From a virus (lineage: Duplodnaviria; Caudoviricetes), in IMG/VR virus record IMGVR_UViG_3300028888_000049: a stretch of 64,000 bases of DNA; one strand, given 5' to 3'. The translations under genes and the position numbers were made by a program. Below the pieces are notes generated by a model. That model did not search any database. It was not told the DNA's origin and saw only the letters and a program-made list of their open reading frames with translations. Below are positions 38,800-47,451 of this stretch, one piece after another (position 1 is the first letter of the stretch; each line of letters begins with the position of its first letter).

Positions 38800-38809
38800 A
38801 TTTAGAACT
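38800..38809 (-). promoter_or_regulatory. class II promoter motif AGTTCTAAAT of the tRNA operon
   Basis: Recurrent motif a few nt before the leader ATG. Confidence 0.6.
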
Positions 38810-38884
38810 ACTTTTTTATTTTAAAAGATGTAAATAAAAACTTTTTTAATTATTTTTTTAGAATTATATATAAATCTCCGATAT

Positions 38885-39127
38885 TTAGTTAACGACTCCT
38901 CGGAAGCGGGATATACGAATAATTCATAACGGTTAACTATTTTATTAGTCTTGCTAAAACTAAAACCTTAGAACAAGTTATTCTAACGTAGGAAATGCTA
39001 AAAACTTATCAAAACCATTCCTGTTGGACCGTACTATAAACATATAGAATATAGTAACAGCCCTGTTTTATAATCTGTTATCATCTTCCTACAGACCAAG
39101 GGAGTTATTATCTTTCAATAACAGAGC
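38885..39127 (-). ncRNA. candidate structured ncRNA (about 240 nt)
   Basis: Closing helix actcccttgg/ccgaggagt with at least 5 internal hairpins; no ORF. Confidence 0.5.
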
Positions 39128-39133
39128 AAAATT

Positions 39134-39319
39134 TTATTTTTTCTTTTTATTTGAAGGAGTAGCTGAAACTTCCTTCTTAGGACCTTTAGTATTACAAGCT
39201 GGAGCTCTGCCAACATTCTTGCTTACTGTATTTACTGCAGGACACTTCTTTAAGAAATTACCCCAGCGTTTTTTAAACTGTTGTTCTTCAAAAGTCTTCT
39301 TTTTCTCTTCATCTGTCAT
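39134..39319 (-). CDS. small basic hypothetical protein
   Basis: ORF after tRNA-Glu. Confidence 0.45.
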   Translation of the reverse strand: MTDEEKKKTFEEQQFKKRWGNFLKKCPAVNTVSKNVGRAPACNTKGPKKEVSATPSNKKKK

Positions 39320-39353
39320 CTTTTTATTACTTTCTTTCTACTATTAGCACAAA

Positions 39354-39430
39354 TGGTACGATCGACGGGCTACGATCCCGTGTTTTCGCCGTGAAAGGGC
39401 GATGAACTAGTCCAACTATTCGACGATCGC
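39354..39430 (-). tRNA. tRNA-Glu(TTC)
   Basis: TCGCC-CT TTC AC-GGCGA; CCA; own early promoter at 39466-39471. Confidence 0.9.
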
Positions 39431-39542
39431 ATTTTTATAATATTATATATAAAGTTTTTTATATTTGTAAAGCCGAAAAAGTTCATCACTCTTTCTCTTT
39501 ATAATGTTTTTTTTATATCAATTTATTTAAAAATATAAAAGC

Positions 39543-39617
39543 TGGTGCCTTCGGCGATGAATCGAACACGCATTGACGGAGTACAAAACCGTTTTCCTAC
39601 CATTGAAAGACGAAGGC
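39543..39617 (-). tRNA. tRNA-Thr(TGT)
   Basis: GCC acceptor start, ACGGT-TT TGT AC-TCCGT (U31-U39 mismatch), CCA. Confidence 0.8.
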
Positions 39618-39621
39618 TTAT

Positions 39622-39697
39622 TGGCTGGAGTGGAGGGTTACGATCCCCCGACATCTTGATTAACAGTCAAGTGTTCTACCAACTGAACTACACTCCA
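39622..39697 (-). tRNA. tRNA-Asn(GTT)
   Basis: CTTGA-CT GTT AA-TCAAG; G73-CCA. Confidence 0.93.
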
Positions 39698-39704
39698 ACA
39701 ATGA

Positions 39705-40019
39705 TTTAAGTTTTTGACTGAAGGACTCCTGACTACCTCCAAACTCTTACGCAAATAAGCATATTATTCAGTCACATCCACAAAAGTTAGCTATTCTTTT
39801 GTTTATAAGGATGAGAGGATTGAATACCTCCAAATGGATACAGATATCAGCCTGTCACAATACGGTTTGTCCATTTCTTACGTCACTATAGGTTAGCCGA
39901 CCCATGCTATTTCAACCTTATATTTCTTATTTACTATCGCCTACGCAAACCTTTTCAGATTCCACGTAGCTTCCTTATCTGCTATCAACAGATTATTAGG
40001 AACAAGTCAAAAACTTAAA
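39705..40019 (-). ncRNA. large ornate structured ncRNA, possibly compact GOLLD/ROOL-like
   Basis: Perfect 15-bp terminal helix, about 10 internal helices, GAAA tetraloop, loop pseudoknot; tRNA-adjacent. Confidence 0.65.
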
Positions 40020-40140
40020 AACTTTTGCATATTCACTATTTAAGTAATATATAGAACTATTTTTATTTAAAATAAAATAGAAAAATATATTATTTTTTAT
40101 AACTTTTTAGCATCTATTCCAGAAACGACCGGAGTTTTAG

Positions 40141-40230
40141 AAAAAAGAGAGAGATAAGACGGAGGAACTATTTGACAAATCATTTTAAAATCTTATCTCT
40201 CAATTTTATATCACTACCGACGCGATATGA
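40141..40230 (-). ncRNA. candidate small RNA (two hairpins, CCUCC in loop)
   Basis: Early promoter (40258-40263), hairpins atatcgc/gtgatat and gagagataaga/tcttatctctc plus U run. Confidence 0.45.
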
Positions 40231-40277
40231 ATATTTTATACAATATATAATTTTATTTGTAAAGCCGTTTTTTTCAC

Positions 40278-40982
40278 TTAATCAGGTAATTGAAAAGCTA
40301 ATATATCTACTACATACTGCAAATTATTAAGATAGTCTTTAAATGTTTCAGGTTTCCAATATGTAAAATTATTTTTCTCTTTGGCTTTGGTAAATATATT
40401 CTTATATTGTTTATATATCTTGCAAAATTCTAATAATTCTTTCTTTGTTCTAATTTTACCTTCAGCAATAGCCTCCTGTATTTCAGTATGTGCAATAAAT
40501 AAACTTTGTTGAGTATATGCTCTAATTTCAGATGGATGATTATAATACGCCCAAGGGTTACTATTAACACTTTTATCATCTGGTTTATCTATACCCTTTT
40601 TTCTATCATCGACATGTACTAATTCATGTAAAACAGTAGATAAGTTTTCACTAATATATTCTTGAAAACAGTCTATTGCATATATTTTATCTTTATTAGA
40701 AGAATAACCATCAACAGGTACATTATCATCTAATGCTGGAAACATTACGGTAGGTAAGTCTTCATCAATCTTTAAAACTGCAGCACTTACATCTGCTTTA
40801 AAACTTTTGTTTGTTAATAAGTAAATAATATCTTTATCTCTAAAGAATACACCTGATAGGTTTTTAAGATTATGAATGTACTCTGGATTTTCTTTTAATA
40901 AATTAAGTTCTGACATTAAATCTTTTATTTGATTTAAGATTGTAAGTCTTTGGTTTGTTAATTCTTCGTTATCTAATTTCAT
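40278..40982 (-). CDS. HExxH zinc-metallopeptidase-like protein
   Basis: VLHELVHVD...YYNHPSEIRAY. Confidence 0.6.
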   Translation of the reverse strand: MKLDNEELTNQRLTILNQIKDLMSELNLLKENPEYIHNLKNLSGVFFRDKDIIYLLTNKSFKADVSAAVLKIDEDLPTVMFPALDDNVPVDGYSSNKDKIYAIDCFQEYISENLSTVLHELVHVDDRKKGIDKPDDKSVNSNPWAYYNHPSEIRAYTQQSLFIAHTEIQEAIAEGKIRTKKELLEFCKIYKQYKNIFTKAKEKNNFTYWKPETFKDYLNNLQYVVDILAFQLPD

Positions 40983-41062
40983 AGTATAATATCCTCATTT
41001 TTGTTAACTATGAATATAATATAGCGAATAATTTTATAAAAGTAAAGCCAAAAATTTCAATT

Positions 41063-41950
41063 TCATACTGCTATTGGAAAAGTTACTTTAGATCCATGTT
41101 GATAATCATCTAATGAAGCCATTTCAGGCATAAAGTTAAATACAGTAGCATTAGGATCAAGTTTTAATGTTGGTAAGTCATATTGTTCTTCATACCAGTG
41201 TGAGAGATTCTCTTTTACTGTATCAATATGATTATCGTAAATATGACAATTTACCATATGTATTGTTACAAAGCCTGGATTCATATTAACTGTTTGACAC
41301 ATAAGTTTTAAAAACAGTGCACAATACATCATATCTGCAGGTAAACCTAAAATTACGTCTGTACTTCTCATTTCTGCTGTTAAATGTAGTTTATCTCCAG
41401 CATAAGTAAATGTAAATGCCCACATACAAGGAGGTAAAGCTTGAGTTTCTAGATGAGAAGGATCCCAAGCAGATATTATCATACGTCTATCATATGGATT
41501 AGTCTTTAAAGTTTCTACAACATTCTTTAACTGATCAACACCTTGTCCTGTATAATTAGTATCATAATTAATATAATTTGCTCCGAAATGTCTATAATGA
41601 AAGCCATAGACATTTCCGAGATCTCTCTCTTTAATCATACCTTCTTTATCAGAATAGGGTACTTTTGTAGGATTACACCATTGATCCCAATAGTTACACC
41701 CTCTCTCTTGTAAAATATGCTTATCAGTAACACCTTCTAAAAAGCATGATAATTCCGCTTTACATCCTTTAAATGGTAACGGTCTAAAAGTAAGAATAGG
41801 AAAAATGTCATCGGATAGATCAAACTGAAGTTGTTTTGAAACACAAGTTAATACATTGTTACCAGTTCTACAAGGTACTTTCATTCCATTTAATAAAACG
41901 TCTTCTACAAGGTTTAAATATTGGTTATCGTAAGTATTATTCATTTTCAA
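41063..41950 (-). CDS. thyA: thymidylate synthase
   Basis: LGNVYG, DRRMIISAW, LPPC, RSTDV, HIYDNH. Confidence 0.95.
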   Translation of the reverse strand: MKMNNTYDNQYLNLVEDVLLNGMKVPCRTGNNVLTCVSKQLQFDLSDDIFPILTFRPLPFKGCKAELSCFLEGVTDKHILQERGCNYWDQWCNPTKVPYSDKEGMIKERDLGNVYGFHYRHFGANYINYDTNYTGQGVDQLKNVVETLKTNPYDRRMIISAWDPSHLETQALPPCMWAFTFTYAGDKLHLTAEMRSTDVILGLPADMMYCALFLKLMCQTVNMNPGFVTIHMVNCHIYDNHIDTVKENLSHWYEEQYDLPTLKLDPNATVFNFMPEMASLDDYQHGSKVTFPIAV

Positions 41951-42122
41951 AAATTCCTTTTATGTATTTATATTTTATAATATCTTGAACTGTTTTTTCT
42001 TCACGATATTTTTCTCTATTTTTAAGAATTTTTTCTCTTACTGATAGATATTCTTCAGAACCATAATCAAAAGGTATCTTTAGTGCTTCTTCTATCTCTT
42101 TTTCTGTATTATCTTTCTCCAT
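41937..42122 (-). CDS. small hypothetical protein
   Basis: Overlapping operon ORF. Confidence 0.45.
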   Translation of the reverse strand: MEKDNTEKEIEEALKIPFDYGSEEYLSVREKILKNREKYREEKTVQDIIKYKYIKGIFENE

Positions 42123-42667
42123 GAGTATTCGTTCTCTCTATCATGTATTAAACTTCCTAATTCATACCATAATTCATAATTCCATTTTAATTCCGGAATA
42201 TGATGTATTAAATTATTATAGCGATGTTCTATCATATGTATTGCTCTGTTTAAAATTCTAATTTTAGTTTTATCAAAGCAACGATATTCTATACTTCCAT
42301 CTATATGATGTGGTGTTAACCAATTATTTATCCAAGTATAACCGTTTTCTATACCAAAGATTTTATAATCAAGATTTTTAATTGTTTTCATACTAAAATG
42401 ACTAAGTTGACAAGTATAATTACAATCTCTTTTTAACTGTTGAATAAATTGTTTCCATTCTTCATCATTTTCACAAATATTTTTACGTTCACTAAAAGTT
42501 TCTTTAGTAGTTACATATTCAGCAAACGTATTTAGTTTATTACTAAGTATTCTCAGATCAATTTCTTCATCTAAGTAAGGAAAATAACAAAGTTCTGACT
42601 TAAAGTCATAAAATCTAATGTCACAATTTCGTATATTTTCTAAAAATCTAGTAAAATCAATTTTCAT
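42092..42667 (-). CDS. HNH-like protein
   Basis: RDCNYTCQ...HHID...LNRAIH. Confidence 0.5.
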   Translation of the reverse strand: MKIDFTRFLENIRNCDIRFYDFKSELCYFPYLDEEIDLRILSNKLNTFAEYVTTKETFSERKNICENDEEWKQFIQQLKRDCNYTCQLSHFSMKTIKNLDYKIFGIENGYTWINNWLTPHHIDGSIEYRCFDKTKIRILNRAIHMIEHRYNNLIHHIPELKWNYELWYELGSLIHDRENEYSWRKIIQKKR

Positions 42668-44870
42668 CTTTATTTAACTTCGCATAATATAATTCTTTAA
42701 TGTCAATTATTGATAAAGTTTTTAATTTTTCGATATTCATACTTTTCATGAAGTCAACGACTCTTTTAGCTTTATCATTTAATTGATTTTCTGGAATTTG
42801 TTTTTCATTAGTAATTTTGTCTTTAAGACTACGCATCCATTTCCAAAAACGATAATGTTGAGTTTTATATTTAACCATAAAACCTTTAGTATCTTCAAAT
42901 ACCCAACCTTCATATAGAATTAAACTACCCTGAGTATCAGCTTCTACATTTTTATAAAATTCTTTAAATGAATTAAAGTCTTTAATTACATATGATTTTT
43001 TCTTAACTTTTAAATCATATATATCTGCAAAATGAAGTAATTCATCATAAGGCATACGTTTACCTTCAAAAGTATTTTCTACAATATCTAATAAATATAA
43101 ACCATTTTCTTTATAACGTATAATATGTGGATCTTTATCTTGATTAATAACCTCAAAGATTAAAGTACAATTATTATGCTCTAAAAAATTACTCAATAAG
43201 AATTTTGTTTTATTTGGTAATAAATCCCATTGTTCTCTTAAATAACCTGCAAAAGGTCCTTCATTTGTAGATTTTGAAGCAATAAATAATTCATGATTAC
43301 GTTTATCATAAGAAACTAAACCCAAAAATCCATTTTCTTTTTTATAAGCAGTAACAGGAAAGCTAAGAGTATTTTCAAGATTATTTAGTTGAGTTTCAGG
43401 TCTTTCATTAATTGCAAAAAACTTATTATAAGATCTTGCTACAATCTTATCTGTTTGAGTATCGATAAATAAACCTCTAGCCGTTATAGTCAGATCATTC
43501 CATTTAGAATCTAGAAAAGCATCTCTTGTAAAGTTATAGCTAACGATTCCATTTCGTAATACTTTTTTATTAACAAGTTTAGAAGCATTAAGTTGTTGAA
43601 TAAACTCATTATCTGTTGTATAAGGTGATCGTGTTGTAGCTAATACCGGTCTTTCTTTATGAGTATTATTCTTAATGAGATGAATTATAGGTTCTTCTGT
43701 ATCTTTATTTATTTGAAGAATGCGTAAATTACCACCCCATTCAATTTCATCATTAACATTATATATATTATTTGCAACTTTAGTAGGAAGCATTTGAATA
43801 TTTCTATGACCATGTATTAAAACTACATCATCTGGATAAGATTCTTTCCAAGTATTATATATTTTTACAGTATCTTCATAATTACCAACGCCTTTAATTA
43901 ATTCAGAAGTTTTAATCAAACCGTCTGGTAATTTTGGCATACCACCATGTGAAACAAAATAAGTCTTACCATTATAAATGAAATAAGCCATTTGTGAAAG
44001 TCTATTAACTATATTTTGAATAATGCGCTTATCTAAAGTTTTTAATTGAGGTAATGTATTGTCATTAAATTCTTGTGAATCTCCTTTATCAGTCTCAAGA
44101 TATTTAATGAGATTACGATCATGATTGCCAGTTAACAATAATACATTATTATTTTCTTTAGATTTTTCGAGTAAATCATTTAAAAATGTTAATGTTTCAG
44201 CATTTTGTAGACCTCTATCAATATAATCACCTACAAAAATATAAAATGTATCATTACTAAATGTATGTTTATCAAACCATTCTTGTAAAGGTTCAACACA
44301 TCCATGAATATCACCAAATATTACAATCTCATTCCATTTATTAAAGTCATAACATACGTCATATAAAATCTCATGTACATCATTTGGTTTAATAATTTTA
44401 AAACGAGAAGAAGGAGCTTCACAATTACAATAAGATTCATACATTCTATCAATTACAGAATCTGGTACTGTTTTTAACCATTCACGCTTATGATTTCTAT
44501 CAATAAATACTTGTTTATCAATGATATTATTATCTTTATCACGCATAAAATCAACAATATATGCTCTGTATTTATACTTCTCGGCTAATTCTTTATACGG
44601 CTTAAGTGATTTATTATTACAATGAGTAGCATCAACAAAAACTGTTTCACCAGCTTTCATTTTAGTTTCTAGTAATTCAAAAAGAAACTTCCATACTTGT
44701 TTATCCATAGAAGAAGATATTGTTTTATATCCTTCTACATTATATTCTGGACATTGAAACAAAATACGCAAATCATCTGAACTTAATGTATAATGCTTAT
44801 ATCCATTTTCTTCAATCCAAGTACTTTTACCACAAGCAGGTACACCACGTAAAATAAATAAATTTCTCAT
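42657..44870 (-). CDS. trifunctional RNA repair enzyme: polynucleotide kinase + metallophosphoesterase + Rnl1-type RNA ligase
   Basis: GVPACGKST/DAT kinase; GDIHG, GDYIDRG, GNHD phosphatase; ARGLF, KFF, KENG, EGWV, KYK ligase. Confidence 0.9.
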   Translation of the reverse strand: MRNLFILRGVPACGKSTWIEENGYKHYTLSSDDLRILFQCPEYNVEGYKTISSSMDKQVWKFLFELLETKMKAGETVFVDATHCNNKSLKPYKELAEKYKYRAYIVDFMRDKDNNIIDKQVFIDRNHKREWLKTVPDSVIDRMYESYCNCEAPSSRFKIIKPNDVHEILYDVCYDFNKWNEIVIFGDIHGCVEPLQEWFDKHTFSNDTFYIFVGDYIDRGLQNAETLTFLNDLLEKSKENNNVLLLTGNHDRNLIKYLETDKGDSQEFNDNTLPQLKTLDKRIIQNIVNRLSQMAYFIYNGKTYFVSHGGMPKLPDGLIKTSELIKGVGNYEDTVKIYNTWKESYPDDVVLIHGHRNIQMLPTKVANNIYNVNDEIEWGGNLRILQINKDTEEPIIHLIKNNTHKERPVLATTRSPYTTDNEFIQQLNASKLVNKKVLRNGIVSYNFTRDAFLDSKWNDLTITARGLFIDTQTDKIVARSYNKFFAINERPETQLNNLENTLSFPVTAYKKENGFLGLVSYDKRNHELFIASKSTNEGPFAGYLREQWDLLPNKTKFLLSNFLEHNNCTLIFEVINQDKDPHIIRYKENGLYLLDIVENTFEGKRMPYDELLHFADIYDLKVKKKSYVIKDFNSFKEFYKNVEADTQGSLILYEGWVFEDTKGFMVKYKTQHYRFWKWMRSLKDKITNEKQIPENQLNDKAKRVVDFMKSMNIEKLKTLSIIDIKELYYAKLNKDEN

Positions 44871-44950
44871 ATCTTCTCCTATTATAAAATATAAAAATAT
44901 TATATAATGAGTAATATTTTTGTAAAGCCATAAAGAAGAAATATTAAAAA

Positions 44951-45580
44951 TTAATCTAATTTAAAATATTCTACTACTTCTTTTTCAAGATCTTCCATAG
45001 TACCATTATTAAGAAAGATATGTTCTGGATTATTAACACCTATCCAATCACGCTCTGAAGGATGTACTGATTTTAATTCTTCTGGTAATTCTTCAATTTT
45101 ACCAAGATTATAATTAAAAGCTAAATTCCACCAATCTGGTAATTTACCTCTTTGTACTTCTACAATTCTACCATTAAGACTTCGAATCATATCAATTTCA
45201 TTAGGAAATCTACAGTCAGTTATTACATAATTAGTATCTGGATGATCAACTATCTCTTTTTTAACTGTAATATCCCAAATGTGCTCTAAAAATGTACCTC
45301 TAGTAAGGTCAGTACCAATAGAAGTTAAAGCTTTTCTAGGAGTAAAATCAAAACCAAACTCTTTACTCCAAAATATATCAGGTTGTTCTCTCCATTCTCT
45401 TGATTCAGGAAAACGACCACTTAACATATCTCTATCCCAGCCAAACATAAGAGCTGCAATATCCTTTAATTTATCAGCAAACGCAACAGGTTTAAAAGAA
45501 TTATCGTGTTTACAAATAATATTCGAAATAGTATCTTTTCCGCTGCCTTTTAAACCTGTTATAGCAATGACTTTCTGCAT
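44951..45580 (-). CDS. deoxynucleoside monophosphate kinase (T4 gp1-like)
   Basis: GLKGSGKDT, FADKLK, TPR, DCRFPNE, HPSE. Confidence 0.9.
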   Translation of the reverse strand: MQKVIAITGLKGSGKDTISNIICKHDNSFKPVAFADKLKDIAALMFGWDRDMLSGRFPESREWREQPDIFWSKEFGFDFTPRKALTSIGTDLTRGTFLEHIWDITVKKEIVDHPDTNYVITDCRFPNEIDMIRSLNGRIVEVQRGKLPDWWNLAFNYNLGKIEELPEELKSVHPSERDWIGVNNPEHIFLNNGTMEDLEKEVVEYFKLD

Positions 45581-45847
45581 TTATAAATCCTCGGCTTTAG
45601 TTGGTTTTGCTACATGAATACTATAACTATTAGAGAAGCTTTGAGTATCTTCTTTATATAAAGCATTTACAAAATCAATAAAAAATTCAGAAGCATCAAA
45701 TCCATATGTGTCATTATCTCTAAGGCGTAATCTTACTTCATTACCGTCTTGCTTAATAACAAGATTAACAACTTGTATTTTTACACCATTAACAATAACA
45801 GGTATAGCTTCTATATTTATAGTTGTACCTTCATTATATGTGATCAT
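45581..45847 (-). CDS. hypothetical protein
   Basis: GAGGAG RBS, early promoter. Confidence 0.6.
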   Translation of the reverse strand: MITYNEGTTINIEAIPVIVNGVKIQVVNLVIKQDGNEVRLRLRDNDTYGFDASEFFIDFVNALYKEDTQSFSNSYSIHVAKPTKAEDL

Positions 45848-45901
45848 AACTACAACTCCTCTTTAAAATATATTATATATAAGTATTAGCGTATGTAAAG
45901 C

Positions 45902-45941
45902 AAAAAGAGAAATAATAACAATTAAGTACTACTTCTCTTCT
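45902..45941 (-). terminator. intrinsic terminator after dut
   Basis: aagagaagtagta...tattatttctctt plus T run. Confidence 0.55.
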
Positions 45942-45952
45942 TCTAATACTAC

Positions 45953-46423
45953 TTAGTTTGTACCTGTAGACCCAAATGCTCCAGATCCTCTAACTGTTTC
46001 AGGTAATGCATCATATTCTTCTGTACTTATCTCTTCTAACTCTTCATCAGAGATCTTTTCCAAAACAAATTGTACAATCTTATCACCAGGTTTAATAATC
46101 GTATACTTACCATTTTCATCTTCAAGATCTTCAGTACCTTCGGCTGCCTTCTGTAGATTAGCATGAATTTCACCTCGATAACATACATCAACTACACATG
46201 CTAAACAACTTAATCCACGCTTTCTACCAATCCCAGATTTGTTTTCAGCTTTAAGCATATAACCATCTGGAACTACAACTTTAATACCTGTGGGAATATT
46301 AACTTGTTGTCCAATATATAACTTTGTTTCTGGAAAGTCGTTTGGTACAAAAACGTCTATTCCAGCATCGAGTCCTCTCCGACCACAAGGTCTAGTTGTA
46401 TCTCTATAAATCGCATATTTCAT
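45953..46423 (-). CDS. dut: trimeric dUTPase
   Basis: AGID, KSG, VDVCYRGEI, GDKIVQ, RGSGAFGSTG. Confidence 0.93.
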   Translation of the reverse strand: MKYAIYRDTTRPCGRRGLDAGIDVFVPNDFPETKLYIGQQVNIPTGIKVVVPDGYMLKAENKSGIGRKRGLSCLACVVDVCYRGEIHANLQKAAEGTEDLEDENGKYTIIKPGDKIVQFVLEKISDEELEEISTEEYDALPETVRGSGAFGSTGTN

Positions 46424-46500
46424 TTTATTTTCCTTTTTAAAAATTAATAACTGTTATATAGAATTTATATTTTTACTCTAATTTTCAAATTATTTTTCTG

Positions 46501-46566
46501 TTAGTATGCAATAATACCTAAAACAGCCATTGCAATCGCTGCAGCTCCGATAAATACAAAGCCCAT
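46501..46566 (-). CDS. 21-aa single-TM micropeptide MGFVFIGAAAIAMAVLGIIAY
   Basis: Strong AGGAGA RBS; fully hydrophobic. Confidence 0.55.
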   Translation of the reverse strand: MGFVFIGAAAIAMAVLGIIAY

Positions 46567-46579
46567 TTTTTATTTCTCC

Positions 46580-46906
46580 TTATTCTGTTATATAGATTAC
46601 TTGGTTAGAATCTTGTGCACATTGTGTTGTGATCATTCCTGTATTTTGATTTACAAAAGTTACACAATGCTGTGGTATATTAGCTCTTTGATTATATGTG
46701 ATATATGTATCTTTTACCAATAATGAACCAATTACAGTACCAGCTACTACTTCTCCAAAAGTATGCCAACCACTATGATGTAAATGATGTCTTACAATTG
46801 GGCGGTGAATATGATGATATGGATGATGATAAAAATGATGTGGTCTAGCTTCGACGTTAAAAGTTAATAATGACACTAAACCTATGATAAACAACAATTT
46901 TTTCAT
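46580..46906 (-). CDS. secreted His-rich protein
   Basis: Signal peptide (VEA), His-rich tract, glycine-zipper-like segment. Confidence 0.65.
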   Translation of the reverse strand: MKKLLFIIGLVSLLTFNVEARPHHFYHHPYHHIHRPIVRHHLHHSGWHTFGEVVAGTVIGSLLVKDTYITYNQRANIPQHCVTFVNQNTGMITTQCAQDSNQVIYITE

Positions 46907-46907
46907 T

Positions 46908-47135
46908 TTATAATCCTAACTTTTTTAAAATATTACCAAATACAATAGTACTTACTGTATATTCTTTCTTAGAATTTAATCTAATACTATATCTATATTC
47001 AGTTGATTTATCATCATCTGTTTTTACTAGATATTTCTCCATTCTTTCTATGGAATTAGCATTGATATATAGATCCTCACCATCTAATGTTTTAAATGCT
47101 ATAAAAAGTGGTTTTGTTAAAATAGAATTAGTCAT
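46908..47135 (-). CDS. small hypothetical protein (paralog-like to 47128..47364)
   Basis: GAGGA RBS before ATG 47135; IN...I..(M/I)EK pattern. Confidence 0.55.
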   Translation of the reverse strand: MTNSILTKPLFIAFKTLDGEDLYINANSIERMEKYLVKTDDDKSTEYRYSIRLNSKKEYTVSTIVFGNILKKLGL

Positions 47136-47364
47136 TAGTTTTATCCTCTGCAAAATCAATAATAATGTTATTGTTAACAAATTCATTAAATATTCTTTTA
47201 TATTCATCTTCATTGATATAAAATACTCTATTATCTACAAGACATAATCTGTATTTACCTTTCAATCTTTCATCTAATTCTTCTATTATTTTTTCTATAG
47301 CTACTATCATTTCTTTATTTATAATAGCTTCAGTATTTTCATAATCTCTGATTCTAAAAAACAT
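47128..47364 (-). CDS. small hypothetical protein
   Basis: AAGGA RBS. Confidence 0.55.
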   Translation of the reverse strand: MFFRIRDYENTEAIINKEMIVAIEKIIEELDERLKGKYRLCLVDNRVFYINEDEYKRIFNEFVNNNIIIDFAEDKTND

Positions 47365-47451
47365 ATTAGTATTCCTTTTTTAAATTATATTATATAGAAG
47401 TATTATATTTTATCTAACTTTTATATTATTTTTCCATTGTTAACTAATTGT

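Noticed and set aside
38885-39127. RNase P RNA (GUCUGUAGGAAGAUGAU...AAAACAGGGCU resembles its 3' conserved region)
   Set aside because: The GGAAAGUCC P4 5' strand was not found; left as an unassigned ncRNA.
39430-40060. Equivalent codon-matched leader for tRNA-Asn/Thr/Glu
   Set aside because: Only MQKFLSF was found upstream, with no Asn/Thr/Glu run; tRNA-Glu follows its own early promoter directly.
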